Source of the DNA: Sminthopsis crassicaudata
Lineage: Eukaryota
Assembly (NCBI RefSeq): GCF_048593235.1
Contig: NC_133617.1
Location: 52,227,767 to 52,291,766 of the forward strand
Direction: 5' to 3'
DNA length: 64,000 bases
The notes under the pieces were generated by a model. That model saw nothing but the letters and a program-made list of their open reading frames with translations, had not been told where the DNA came from and searched no databases. Both the position numbers and the translations under genes were made by a program. Shown here piece after piece: positions 1-9,840 of the stretch. Each line of letters opens with the position of its first letter. The first letter of the stretch is position 1.

Positions 1-611
1 CCCAGCCCTCAGTCTCCAGTGCTTATTGAATTCATATCGAATTGAAAATAATCCTTGGAATCTTGGGCAAAGAAAATGTACCTCTCTGCTTCCATTTATG
101 GCCACCAAAGGCTGATTTTGCAAAACTCTGTCACAAGGAAAGAGTCACTGAGGGGGAGGAGGGGAGAAGAGGAAGGCAGGAAATAGCAAAAAACTAAAGC
201 CATGTAAAAACAAGAGACACAAATTCACTTATTTTTAAAATTACCCTGGGAAGGGAAATAAAATAAGGATCATTCCCTCCCCCCCCTGCATTTGGCAGAT
301 GGAGAAACTGAGGCTCAGCTCAGCTAGTTGTTGAGAGTGGGAGCCAAACCTTGTCCCCAGGTCTCCAGACCCCCAGCCTAGGCCCCTCAGAACGACCTCC
401 ACTCAGCCCCAGGACAAAGAAGGCACCCTGAGTGCTGGGACCCCCAGCTTCCCCTGCCCCTTGGTTCTGTCCCATCCTGCCGTTACCCAGCTGTAGACCA
501 ACCCTGCGCTTCCTCATCGGGAACACGGTCAGAAATATTCTCGTGATCCCTGTGTCACAGGGCTTTGTTAGCTCCAGAAAATGCGAACCAATATTATTCA
601 CAAGAGACAAG

Positions 612-912
612 GAGCTGCAGCTGGAGCACTGGGTTACTGGATCTGGAGGGGAAAGACCCGAGTTCAAATCCTACCTCTGCCACTTGCTAGAAGGCACCAT
701 GCTGCACGGGGTGCTCGGCTTGGAGGCTGGAAAACCTCAGTTCAAATCTGCTTATTGGGGTGGTCTGTACTTTAATCTCTGTGTGCCTCAGTTTCCTCCT
801 CTTTAAAATGGGGATGCTAACAGCACCTTCCCCCAAAGTTGTTGGGAAGATCAAAGGAGAGAATAATTGCAATGTGCTTACCACAGTGCCTGGCACACAG
901 TAAGTGCTACAT
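612..912 (+). mobile_element. MIR-type CORE-SINE
   Basis: B-box-like gagttcaaatcc, core cctcagtttcctcctctttaaaatgggg, 3' cacagtgcctggcacacagtaagtgct. Confidence 0.75.
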
Positions 913-1006
913 AAATGTTAGCTATTATTATAGCTCTGTGACTCTTTTCTGGCTTCATTCAGACTGGAGAATAATCCTACTGATTGATGCTTAAAAGGTT
1001 TGCAGT

Positions 1007-1232
1007 TTTTGTTTTCGTTTTCATTTTTTCCTTATTGATCTGATTTTCCTTGTGCAACATGATATTTGTGGAAAACCAGAAGAATTGCACTTATTTAACA
1101 TATATTGGATTACCTGCAGTCTAGGGAAGAAGGTGGGGGAAATGGAGGGAAAAAAATTTGGAATATAAGATGGAATATTGAAAATTATCCATGTATATAT
1201 TTTGAAAATTAAAAGCTTTAATTATAAAAAGA
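1007..1232 (+). mobile_element. 5'-truncated L1 3' end with 14-bp TSD
   Basis: TSD aaaaggtttgcagt at 993-1006 and 1233-1246, TT/AAAA target, A-rich tail. Confidence 0.85.
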
Positions 1233-1918
1233 AAAAGGTTTGCAGTGCACACTTTTACAGGATTTATGAGGCTGGATCCTTCCCATCCATCTTCTGGGGT
1301 GGATGTTATTATTATTTCCATTTCTCAGATAAGAAAACCGAGGTTCAGAAAATTTCTAATCAACGATTAGCTTCCGAGATGAGATATGAACTAGGTCTTC
1401 CTGACTCTCCATGAAGTTCAGCACTTTCCTCACTAAACCACCCCAGTGCCTTTTATCTCTCAATCCCATTATTGTAAGAAAACTGGTGGGAAATCCTTCC
1501 TTGTCACTTAACATCTGTCTGCTCTGCTTCCCCATTTGTAAAAGGGGTAAAAGAAGAGCATTTTTACCCAGACCAAATGAGATGATAACAGTAACAATAG
1601 CTAACATTCACTACGTGCTGAGAGCTAAAGCACTGTAGAGATTATTTATAATCTATAATAGACATATAGCATTTAAATACTATATATGGCTAAAAGTCTA
1701 TGCTGTAATCACATTTATTTTTTACAAATATATGTATTATTTTACATATGATTATATATAAAATCATATGTAGAATTATTTTCAAGTTTATAAATAAATG
1801 TTATTCTTGCATATCTCTGCCTCCCTTCTGTCCCGCGGAGCTGACTGGCCCATTCCCCAGTTCCCCCAGGCCCCAGCTCTAGCAAAGTGGCCCCATCCTC
1901 CTCCCCCACCAGGCTCAC

Positions 1919-2066
1919 CAGAAACCAGTAGATATTCATGAGCAGGAGGGTGAGCAGCAGGGCATTGAAGAAGAAGTAGAAGGGGATGTCGGGGACGGAG
2001 AGCAGGCTGCAGTGACACGTGGCGTAGAGCACTTTGAGAGGAAACCAGTAGAGTCGGAACCAGAAC
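1919..2066 (-). CDS. CERS1: CERS1 exon 5
   Basis: 148 nt, FWFRLYWFPLKVLYATCHCSLLSVPDIPFYFFFNALLLTLLLMNIYWFL; aag/ acceptor, gtgagc donor. Confidence 0.96.
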
Positions 2067-5000
2067 CTTGGGGAGACAATGGAGAACACAAAGGAGGAGG
2101 ATTAGGGAGCCCAAGCAGCTGAAGAGACCTGCCCGATGTCCCCCGGCCAAATAGCAAAGTGGGGACTGGAAGGGAGGAAGTCCACGGGGGTAAAGCCTTT
2201 CACCACCCAGGAGGGGAGCAGAGGAGGTGACTCGGGGCCTGGCTCACCAAGTGACGCTGAAGCTGACGCAGCCTACATCTGAGATGAGGTCATTGAGCCG
2301 GTGATAGACGCCCCCTCGGAACTTGAAGTAGACGTTGAGCTTGGTGAATTCCAGCTGGACATCACTGATGTCATGGAGGAAGAGAACAAGGATTCCCACG
2401 TTGTGGTACCTGGTGGGGTGGGGTGTGGTCAGGGATGGCAGAGCTGGGAGGGCTCTTAGAACCCAGGGTGTCAGGGGTGGGAGGGTCCTTAGAACCCAGG
2501 AGGTCAGAGCTGGGAGGGCCCTTAGAACCCAGGGTGTCAGGGCTGGGAGGGCCCTTAGAACCCAGGAGGTCAGAGCTGGGAGGGCCCTTAGAACCCAGGA
2601 GGTCAGAGCTGGGAGGGCCCTTAGAACCCAGGGTGTCAGGGGTGGGAGGGTCCTTAGAACCCAGGAGGTCAGAGCTGGGAGGGCCCTTAGAACCCAGGGT
2701 GTCAGGGGTGGGAGGGTCCTTAGAACCCAGGAGGTCAGAGCTGGGAGGGCCCTTAGAACCCAGGGTGTCAGAGCTGGGAGGGTCCTTAGAACCCAGGAGG
2801 TCAGAGCTGGGAGGGCCCTTAGAACCCAGATATCAGAGCTGAGAGGGCCCTTAGAACCCAGGATGTCAGAGCTGGGAGGGTCCTTAGAACCCAGGAGGTC
2901 AGAGCTGGGAGGGCCCTTAGAACCCAGGGTGTCAGAGCTGGGAGGGCCCTTAGAACCCAGGATGTCAGAGCTGGGAGGGTCCTTAGAACCCGGGAGGTCA
3001 GAGCTGGGAGGGCCCTTAGAACCCAGGAGGTCAGAACTCGGAGGACTCTTAGAACCCAGGGTGTCAGAGCTGGGAGGGCCTTAGAACAGGGAATGTCGGA
3101 GCTGGGAGGGCCCTTTGAACCTGGGATGTCAGAGCTGGGAGGACTCTTAGAACCTAGGGTGTCAGGGGTGGGAGGGTCCTTAGAACCCAGGGTGTCAGAG
3201 CTGGGAGGGCCCTTAGAACGCAGGATGTCAGAACTCGGAGGACTCTTAGAACCCAGGAGGTCAGAGCTGGGAGGGCCCCTTAGAACCCAGGAGGTCAGGG
3301 CTGAGAGAGCCCTTAGAACGCAGGATGTCAGAACTCGGAGGACTCTTAGAACCCAGGAGGTCAGAGCTGGGAGGGCCCCTTAGAACCCGGGAGGTCAGGG
3401 CTGAGAGGGCCCTTAGAACGCAGGATGTCAGAACTCGGAGGACTCTTAGAACCCAGGAGGTCAGAGCTGGGAGGGCCCCTTAGAACCCAGGAGGTCAGGG
3501 CTGAGAGAGCCCTTAGAACCCAGGAGGTCAGAGCTGGGAGGGCCCTTAGAACCCAGGGTGTCAGAGCTGGGAGGGCCCTTAGAACCCAGGAGGTCAGAGC
3601 TGGGAGGGCCCTTAGAACGCAGGATGTCAGAACTCGGAGGACTCTTAGAACCCAGGAGGTCAGAGCTGGGAGGGCCCCTTAGAACCCAGGAGGTCAGGGC
3701 TGAGAGGGCCCTTAGAACCCAGGAGGTCAGAGCTGGGAGGGCCCCTTAGAACCCAGGAGGTCAGGGCTGAGAGGGCCCTTAGAACCCAGGAGGTCAGAGC
3801 TGGGAGGGCCCTTAGAACCCAGGAGGTCAGGGCTGAGAGGGCCCTTAGAACCCAGGAGGTCAGGGCTGAGAGGGCCCTTAGAATATAGAAAGTCAGAGCG
3901 AGAACTTTAGAAGCCATCTGCTCAAATTCCACCATCCCAGTTGTTTTATACAGGGCGAATTCAGGCTTAACAAGACCACGTGCCCAAGGGCACTCCCAGT
4001 CAGTGATAGAGCTGGACCAGTGCTCCCAAGCTGGGCCTGAAACACTGGGGCACCAGAGACTCCTGCAGGTGTGAGACTGATGCTACCAGGCCTAGGGAGA
4101 CTGACCTGAAGGCGTAGGAGAAGACAATCAGAATCAGGGTGACCACGTGGTGCAAGAGCATCACCACTGAGTCCTTCCGCCAAGCGTCCATGTAGAGGGT
4201 AGCATAGATGGAGTGCCCGTAGAAGCTGCCCTGCAGCAGGTAGGCCACAGCGATGTCCCTGGGCACCTCCATGCCTGGCTTCCAGTCTGGCAGAGGAACA
4301 GTCAGCCCTCAGAAGCCGCCTCCCAAAGCCCCTTCACAGCCATCTCCTTAAAACTGCTCATCAGACGGGGCTTCCGAAGGTCACCATGAGTCAGGGTCGG
4401 AGCATAAGCTCGAGCCCGGGCCCAAATGCGTGGCTTCTGGTCCCCCAGAGGTACAAGCGGGGCTCTGTCTGTGCACTGGTGCGAGAGCCCCTCAAGAATT
4501 TCCAGGAGCAAAGTTCCCTTAGAAAACCTATCCCCAAATTCTGCCTGGGGCTGTCCTCCTGCCTTCCCGCCCGCCCGGCACCCAGCTCCCAGCTGTCCCA
4601 CATGCAAAACCTGCTCTAAGCTGCATCCTCTGAACACCTGCTTGCTGTTATGTCTTCTGTCTCCCCCCCAGATAAGGGGTTCCCCAAGGCAGGCATCTCT
4701 CCCCCAGGATTAAAGGTCCCCCCAAGGAGAGCGCCATCTTTCCCTCTTTCTCTTGCTGAAGACTTCTCTGTATGGGCGCATGCCAGTGTGGCGATGTGGG
4801 GGGGTATGGGGGAGCGGGCTGGGTGAGGGGTGGCGATCTTCCGTCCCTGGAGGGGAGGGGACACCGCTTCTGGCCCTACCGTAGAAGACGGAAGGTGGGT
4901 CGTGGAAGAAGGGGTAATTGGTGCCGAAGAGCAGGTAAGCGCTATACCCCCAGGCTGTGGAGTAGAAAAGGAATTTCCAGGCACTCTCGGGCATCTTGGC

Positions 5001-8000
5001 AGCATCCCTGGGTTGCAGTTGGCACCATCTGGCCAGCGGCTGGGGAGGAAAAAAGGGCGAGACTGAAAGGCATCCCAGACTCCTGCAGCAGCACTGCCCA
5101 GGCTCGCAGAAAGAACACCAGGTTAGGTCATGATAAGAATAAGAATCCTGATTCCTTTATCTAATATCGCCCCAGGACGAGCATCTTTCCCTCAACAACG
5201 CCTCAGTATTCTCATCTATAAAATGGGGGTTAGACCTTCCCTTGTGTTCTGACTCTAGATAAATCTCACTTTCTATGTCTGAACACGAGGTAAAACAGGG
5301 GAGTCTAGGTAATTTCTGAAGTCTCTTTAGCAGTGAATCCTGTGAGCTTAAAAGGCCTGTTTGGCCCATGAGCCACCAGATGCAGACCCTCCATGCCCAG
5401 ACAGATGGCACACCCCCTTCTGGCTCCCTGGCATAAGGTCTATTGGGAGAGACTGCTGCAGCTCACGAGCCCCTTCCCCAACAGGACTGCCCGGATTGGT
5501 CCAGACAGGAGCAGAGCTGAAGTTTGAAAGTGTGGGCAACGTGCCCATGGCCCCAGGAACAGTGGGAGGGCAGGCAGCCTGGCACATTTGCCCACCACAC
5601 CACCCCATGCCCGCCCCCCAACAGCTGACCCTGGGACAGTAACAGCACAGACCCAACTTGACAATCCCCAGCCTTCTTCCTCTCTCCCCTCCCTCCCTCC
5701 CTCCCTCCTCCCCTCCGCTCCAACCCACACTCTCAGCTAAACTTAGACCCCAGCTGTCTAGATGTAGGTAAGGGAAAAGGCAGAAGGGATGGGGAGGAGA
5801 AAGGCCGTGGCAGGATGGAGGAGGGGATGGGGATCCGTGGAGGAGAGAGTGATGGATAAGCGCAGAGGCAGGATGGAGAACGCTGGGTTGTGAGGGGCCT
5901 GTGGATGGCGGGTGATTTAACATGGCTACTATCCTGAATCCACCAAGGCTGGCCTTCCAGAGGGAGGTGCCCCAGGCAATGGAGTGGCCTGAAATCACTC
6001 TGGACTCCAGAAATAACCCTTGCCCCAGCCCTCCATCCCAACAGAGACATTGCCTAGGAAGGGGGAGTAGGGAGATGTTGCCATGGTGACAGGCAAGGGA
6101 CTCCTGTTTCCATTGGCAACGGGGCTGAGGAAGCCCCTCCCAGGCTGGTTCCTGGAGGGAAGTGCTTTCAGTCCAGCTCCAGCTGTCCTTCATTCAAGTT
6201 CCTCCCTCCCCTCCCCACGTTCCCCTTCCCCCACACCACTTTCTCCCCTACCACAGTACTGGTGGGGGAGGGGCTCATCCAGCTCCTGTGCCTTCAGACT
6301 CAGTCCCTCAAACTTGCTTCTGGCCTCCAGGCACCATATTAATCCTGCAAGGTCCCATCACACTGTTTTGGACACCAACCACATTTTCGGAAGGAGGCTG
6401 AAAATTGGGGCTGCTCCCAGAGGGAAGGGTCGCAGGGTTGCTAAATAAGCAGTTAGACCCTGTTCTGAGGAGGGCCGTCAGTTTGAGAAGAGCAGCAAAG
6501 AGGCAGTAAACGAGGGTGGGAAAAAACTGGGCATGACTGGGGAGTGGGGGGAAGAAACAGGGTCCCGGGGTTCAAGTGGAGAACTGGCTGTTACTTGGAG
6601 TTTTGGTCCCACATGGCAGAACTGGGGTCAGGGGGGAGGAGGAGTTAGCAGAAGGGCAGATTTAGGCTGAGGAACCTAATGAAGAATTTCAAACTACATC
6701 TACCCAGAGGGCAATAGGCTGCCTCAGGACTCCCCCAAAGGTCTTCCGCAAAGCCTGGGTGACTACTGGTTTGGCAAGCTGAAAAGGAGATTCCCATTCA
6801 GCTACAGGCTGCAGCAGATGCACTCTATGCTCCCCTTCCCATCCCAGTCTTCTTTACTCTGTTATAATAGTTAACATTTATGTAGCACCTACTGCATGCC
6901 AGACACTGTGTTAAATGCTTTACGAATATCTCATTTGATCCTCAACAATCTTGGAGAGCAGGTGCTGTTTTTATCCCCATTTTACAGATGAGGAAACTGA
7001 GGCAAAATAGATGTAGTCTCTCAACTAGAGAGTATCTGCATCTAGAGTTGAACTTTGTCTTCTTGACTCCAGGCACTTTCCCCACTGGGTCACCTAAATG
7101 TGCCATATAGGCTCCTCCTATTGGAGAATCCAGACACGCAGCAGAGTCCAGACTCGGGCCCAGCCCTCAAATCTCATCCTCCCCATTCCCTCTCAAAGCA
7201 ATTCGTCTGAAGCCTCAGCTTTTCCCCTCTATATCAGGAGAGAACAAAGCTGGACTGCCATCACAAGTGGGAAGCAGCAGGACCCCAGGTAGGGATGACC
7301 CCCTCTAGAAGTCCAGCTCAGAATAAAGTCAGGATGGCACGGGAAGGACAGATCTGGCTTTAGAGATTCTGAGCCTGGTCCCCCCCACATTAAGTCCCTG
7401 GGGATAACGGAGAGAAAATAAATTATCGTTCCATCAAATTCTGAAGCTCATGTCAGTAGCTGTGGGTCAGGGCTAACCAAGGAAGGGTCAGCTATGCCGG
7501 CCAGAATAAGGATTATGCATTATCTCTGGATCTCAAAGATCTAGGCCATGTCTGCCGGTTCTTCCCCTGCCCCCAGCCTGGGAGGGGGGGGCTGCCAGAT
7601 GTCACAATGCCTACAAGCTTGAGATGAGTCAACGACATGACCCAGCAGCTAAAAATGCTCATTCAACATTAGGCTTCATTAATAAGCACAGTGTCCATAA
7701 GAGGGAGAGGGAGGGAGAAGGGAGCAGGGGCAGCCGCAGGATGATTTGCTCTGGACAGATGACTGGAAGGATATTCATTAAGTGGAAGTCTGTCCAAATA
7801 AGGGGTAACCAGAAAGATGAGGGCACTGTAGATGGTGAAAGAAGTCAGACTTAACTTTGATGTATGTCATGGACCCCTTCTCAGAATCATTTTTAAACAC
7901 AAAAAAGTGAAATTCATAGGATCACAAAGGGGAAATCAATTCTCTTAACACACAATTGGAAACCGTTGCAAGTCTGAGGAGCAGGACGAGATAAGAGGAC

Positions 8001-9840
8001 TTGAAAAGCTTTGCATGAGAAATGGATTAGACCTGTTCTACTCAACCACACAGGTGATGGGTGTCAGTTCCAAAGAGAATCATCCCAACACTCAAAGCTT
8101 CCCCTAAAGAGATGGGAGCTGCCTTAGGGGTTCCCATCCCTGAAGGCTTCCAAGGAGAACCTGGACGAGCAGCAGGGTATTTCTGTTCAGGGAGGAGATG
8201 CTCTAGGTACCCTGAAATTCTAACGTTCTCAGCCTGGAAGGTCTGAAGGTGAGAAAGGTTGCAGCCAGACTCTAATAGGAAGAGAAGAGTATAGAGTCCG
8301 ACTCAGTGCTAAGCGAGGCAGAACAAGGACCCCTTCCCAGGGGGTCCTCTTAGCAAGCTAACACTATGTCCCATGTCCTGGGAACACAAGGGACAGTCTC
8401 TTCCCTGGTGGAGAATGGCCCCATTGTTAGGGTCACTGGATCCCCTAGCGCCTCCCCCCATGCTTTTTCCCAGGCTGGTTCCTGCCAACCCCTAGACGGG
8501 AGGGAAGGGGAGGGGGAAAGGGGTATAAATCTGTCCCTAGACTAAGAGCCAAGCGCCGGGGGGCTGGGGGACGTTCAGGGCCTGGGGCCTGCCCCCAAAA
8601 GGGCCGCGCCTGGCTCCCTGCACCTAAGACAGGAGCTCAGTCTCACTTCCTCTAGCTCAGCACCAGAGGGGTGGGCAACAGTCCAGGTCCCAGGGGTTAC
8701 GGGCCCGTACCCCTCTCGCTCCCCGGGAAGCAAGGGAAGGCTGACTGCCTCCACTTGGGGTCTGAGCCCGGAGAAGCCCCCGAAGGCGGCTACCTGTTAG
8801 GGCTCCCGAAGTCACCTTCAAAGAGCGCCGCAGGGCAGGGAAGGCCCCCATTCGCCTGGACGCGGCTCTCCAGCTTGGCCCCATCCCTCCGACTCTCCCT
8901 CCTCTCTCGGGCGCTTCCCAGACAAGCCGGCCCAGGCCAGACCCGGGCCCCCATTCCGGGCCGCTGCTCAGCTCGATCCGGCCAGGAGTCCCCCAGCCAC
9001 CCACCGACCCAGGTCACGTGACCCTCCCCTTCAGCCACCCCACCCCAACCCCCGGGGGCAGACGGGAAGCCATATGCTCAGGGCTTCTCTTTGGTCTGTC
9101 CCTGAGTCGCCCTCTCCCTCCTGCGTCCGTCCTCCGTCCACCCCCACCCCGGGGGTGCTTGCACCTGCGCACACAGCAGCCTCCTCCTTGGCAGCCCCCT
9201 CCCGGCTCGGTTTGGGCCCCGCCCCTCACGCCACAGCAGCCCCCTCCTCTGCCGGGCCTGGGTCCCGCCCCTCCGCCTCAGCAGCCCCCTCCCCACCCGG
9301 CCGGAGCTCCCCGCTTGAGTCCGAGCCCCCTTTCTGGGTCAGGCCCTTCTCGGTCCGCTGTGCTCCAACCCCCGCCCGCCTTACCCCTTTCCGGGCCTGG
9401 TCTAAGCCCCCTCCCCACAGTAGTGACCTCCCCATCCATCCCCTCCCCGCGGCACGGCCCGCGGCTCCTCTCTTCCCCGGCCACCCCCCCTCCAGCTCGG
9501 CCGGCGCCCCCTTCCCTCCCCTGGGCTTGGCCCGCGCCCCCTCCCCTCTCCCGTCCCCCAGCCCCCCGGCCCTCCCCGCTGTCCGGCCCGGCCGGCGGGC
9601 GCCACTGACCCGAAAGAGGCCGGCGGCAGCGGCTTGGCGCAGCGCGGTCCAGGCGAGGCCGGCCAGCAGCAGCAGCAGCAGCTCGGCGGCGGCCAGGTGC
9701 GCGTGCTGGGCCCAGCTTCGGCGGCTCCGCTCCCAGCCACAGTCCGCACAGCCCCGCGCCGCGTCCAGCAGGCTCCGGTAGCTCCGCTGCAGCAGTTGCG
9801 CGTAGCCCGGCATAGGCTCCGGCCCGGGCCCCGGCGCCAT
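1919..9840 (-). CDS. CERS1: Ceramide synthase 1 (LASS1/UOG1), 3'-partial; join(9610-9840,4880-5039,4106-4286,2248-2409,1919-2066)
   Basis: Five GT-AG exons (231/160/181/162/148 nt) splice in frame to 294 codons matching recalled human CERS1, including the Lag1p motif RKDSVVMLLHHVVTL...FLHDISDVQLEFTK. Exon 6 was not found in 1-1918, so the gene continues off-window. Confidence 0.97.
2248..2409 (-). CDS. CERS1: CERS1 exon 4
   Basis: 162 nt, YHNVGILVLFLHDISDVQLEFTKLNVYFKFRGGVYHRLNDLISDVGCVSFSVTW; cag/ acceptor, gtgagc donor. Confidence 0.96.
2432..3883. repeat. 33-bp minisatellite (VNTR), ~44 copies, consensus TCAGAGCTGGGAGGGCCCTTAGAACCCAGGAGG
   Basis: Unit starts counted at 2438, 2471, 2504 ... 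3827, 3860, with 32-34 bp variants; fills CERS1 intron 3. Confidence 0.97.
3884..3970 (-). mobile_element. Degenerate MIR3-like SINE body whose 3' tail runs into the minisatellite
   Basis: Minus strand resembles the recalled MIR3 core and tail (...agatggcttctaaagttctcgctctgactttctatattctaag). Confidence 0.5.
4106..4286 (-). CDS. CERS1: CERS1 exon 3
   Basis: 181 nt, WKPGMEVPRDIAVAYLLQGSFYGHSIYATLYMDAWRKDSVVMLLHHVVTLILIVFSYAFR; gtcagt donor. Confidence 0.96.
4880..5039 (-). CDS. CERS1: CERS1 exon 2
   Basis: 160 nt, PLARWCQLQPRDAAKMPESAWKFLFYSTAWGYSAYLLFGTNYPFFHDPPSVFY; gtaggg donor. Confidence 0.96.
6860..7075 (-). mobile_element. MIR-type SINE
   Basis: ccccattttacagatgaggaaactgaggc core. 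Confidence 0.8.
7560..8270 (+). mobile_element. L3/CR1 fragments
   Basis: CR1-type ORF2 and 3' remnants (catgacccagcagctaaaaatgc..., tccaaggagaacctggacg...ctctaggtaccc). Confidence 0.55.
9013..9022. promoter_or_regulatory. CLEAR/E-box palindrome GTCACGTGAC
   Basis: Exact 10-bp CLEAR consensus within the 12-bp palindrome GGTCACGTGACC (9012-9023), in CERS1 intron 1. Confidence 0.55.
9610..9840 (-). CDS. CERS1: CERS1 exon 1 (coding part)
   Basis: ATG in ggcATGG context, MAPGPGPEPMPGYAQLLQRS...TALRQAAAAGLFR (77 aa), gtcagt donor. Confidence 0.93.

Noticed and set aside
548-562. Near-palindrome CCCTGTG-T-CACAGGG
   Set aside because: A 7-bp arm is expected by chance in 64 kb, and there is no supporting ncRNA motif.
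1-1918. CERS1 exon 6 or GDF1
   Set aside because: No YIVAFAAKVLTG-like or TGF-beta coding sequence found; this is intron 5 with SINE and L1 remnants.
2335-3935. Long repetitive ORFs (249 aa RAGRALRTQEV etc.) and a possible CRISPR-like array
   Set aside because: The 33-bp period is a multiple of three, so frames stay open by construction. Units are contiguous with no unique spacers, the context is a mammalian intron, and there are no cas genes.
8655-8675. TCAGCACC, a REST/RE1 half-site in neuronal CERS1
   Set aside because: The GGACAG right half is absent; a half-site alone is uninformative.
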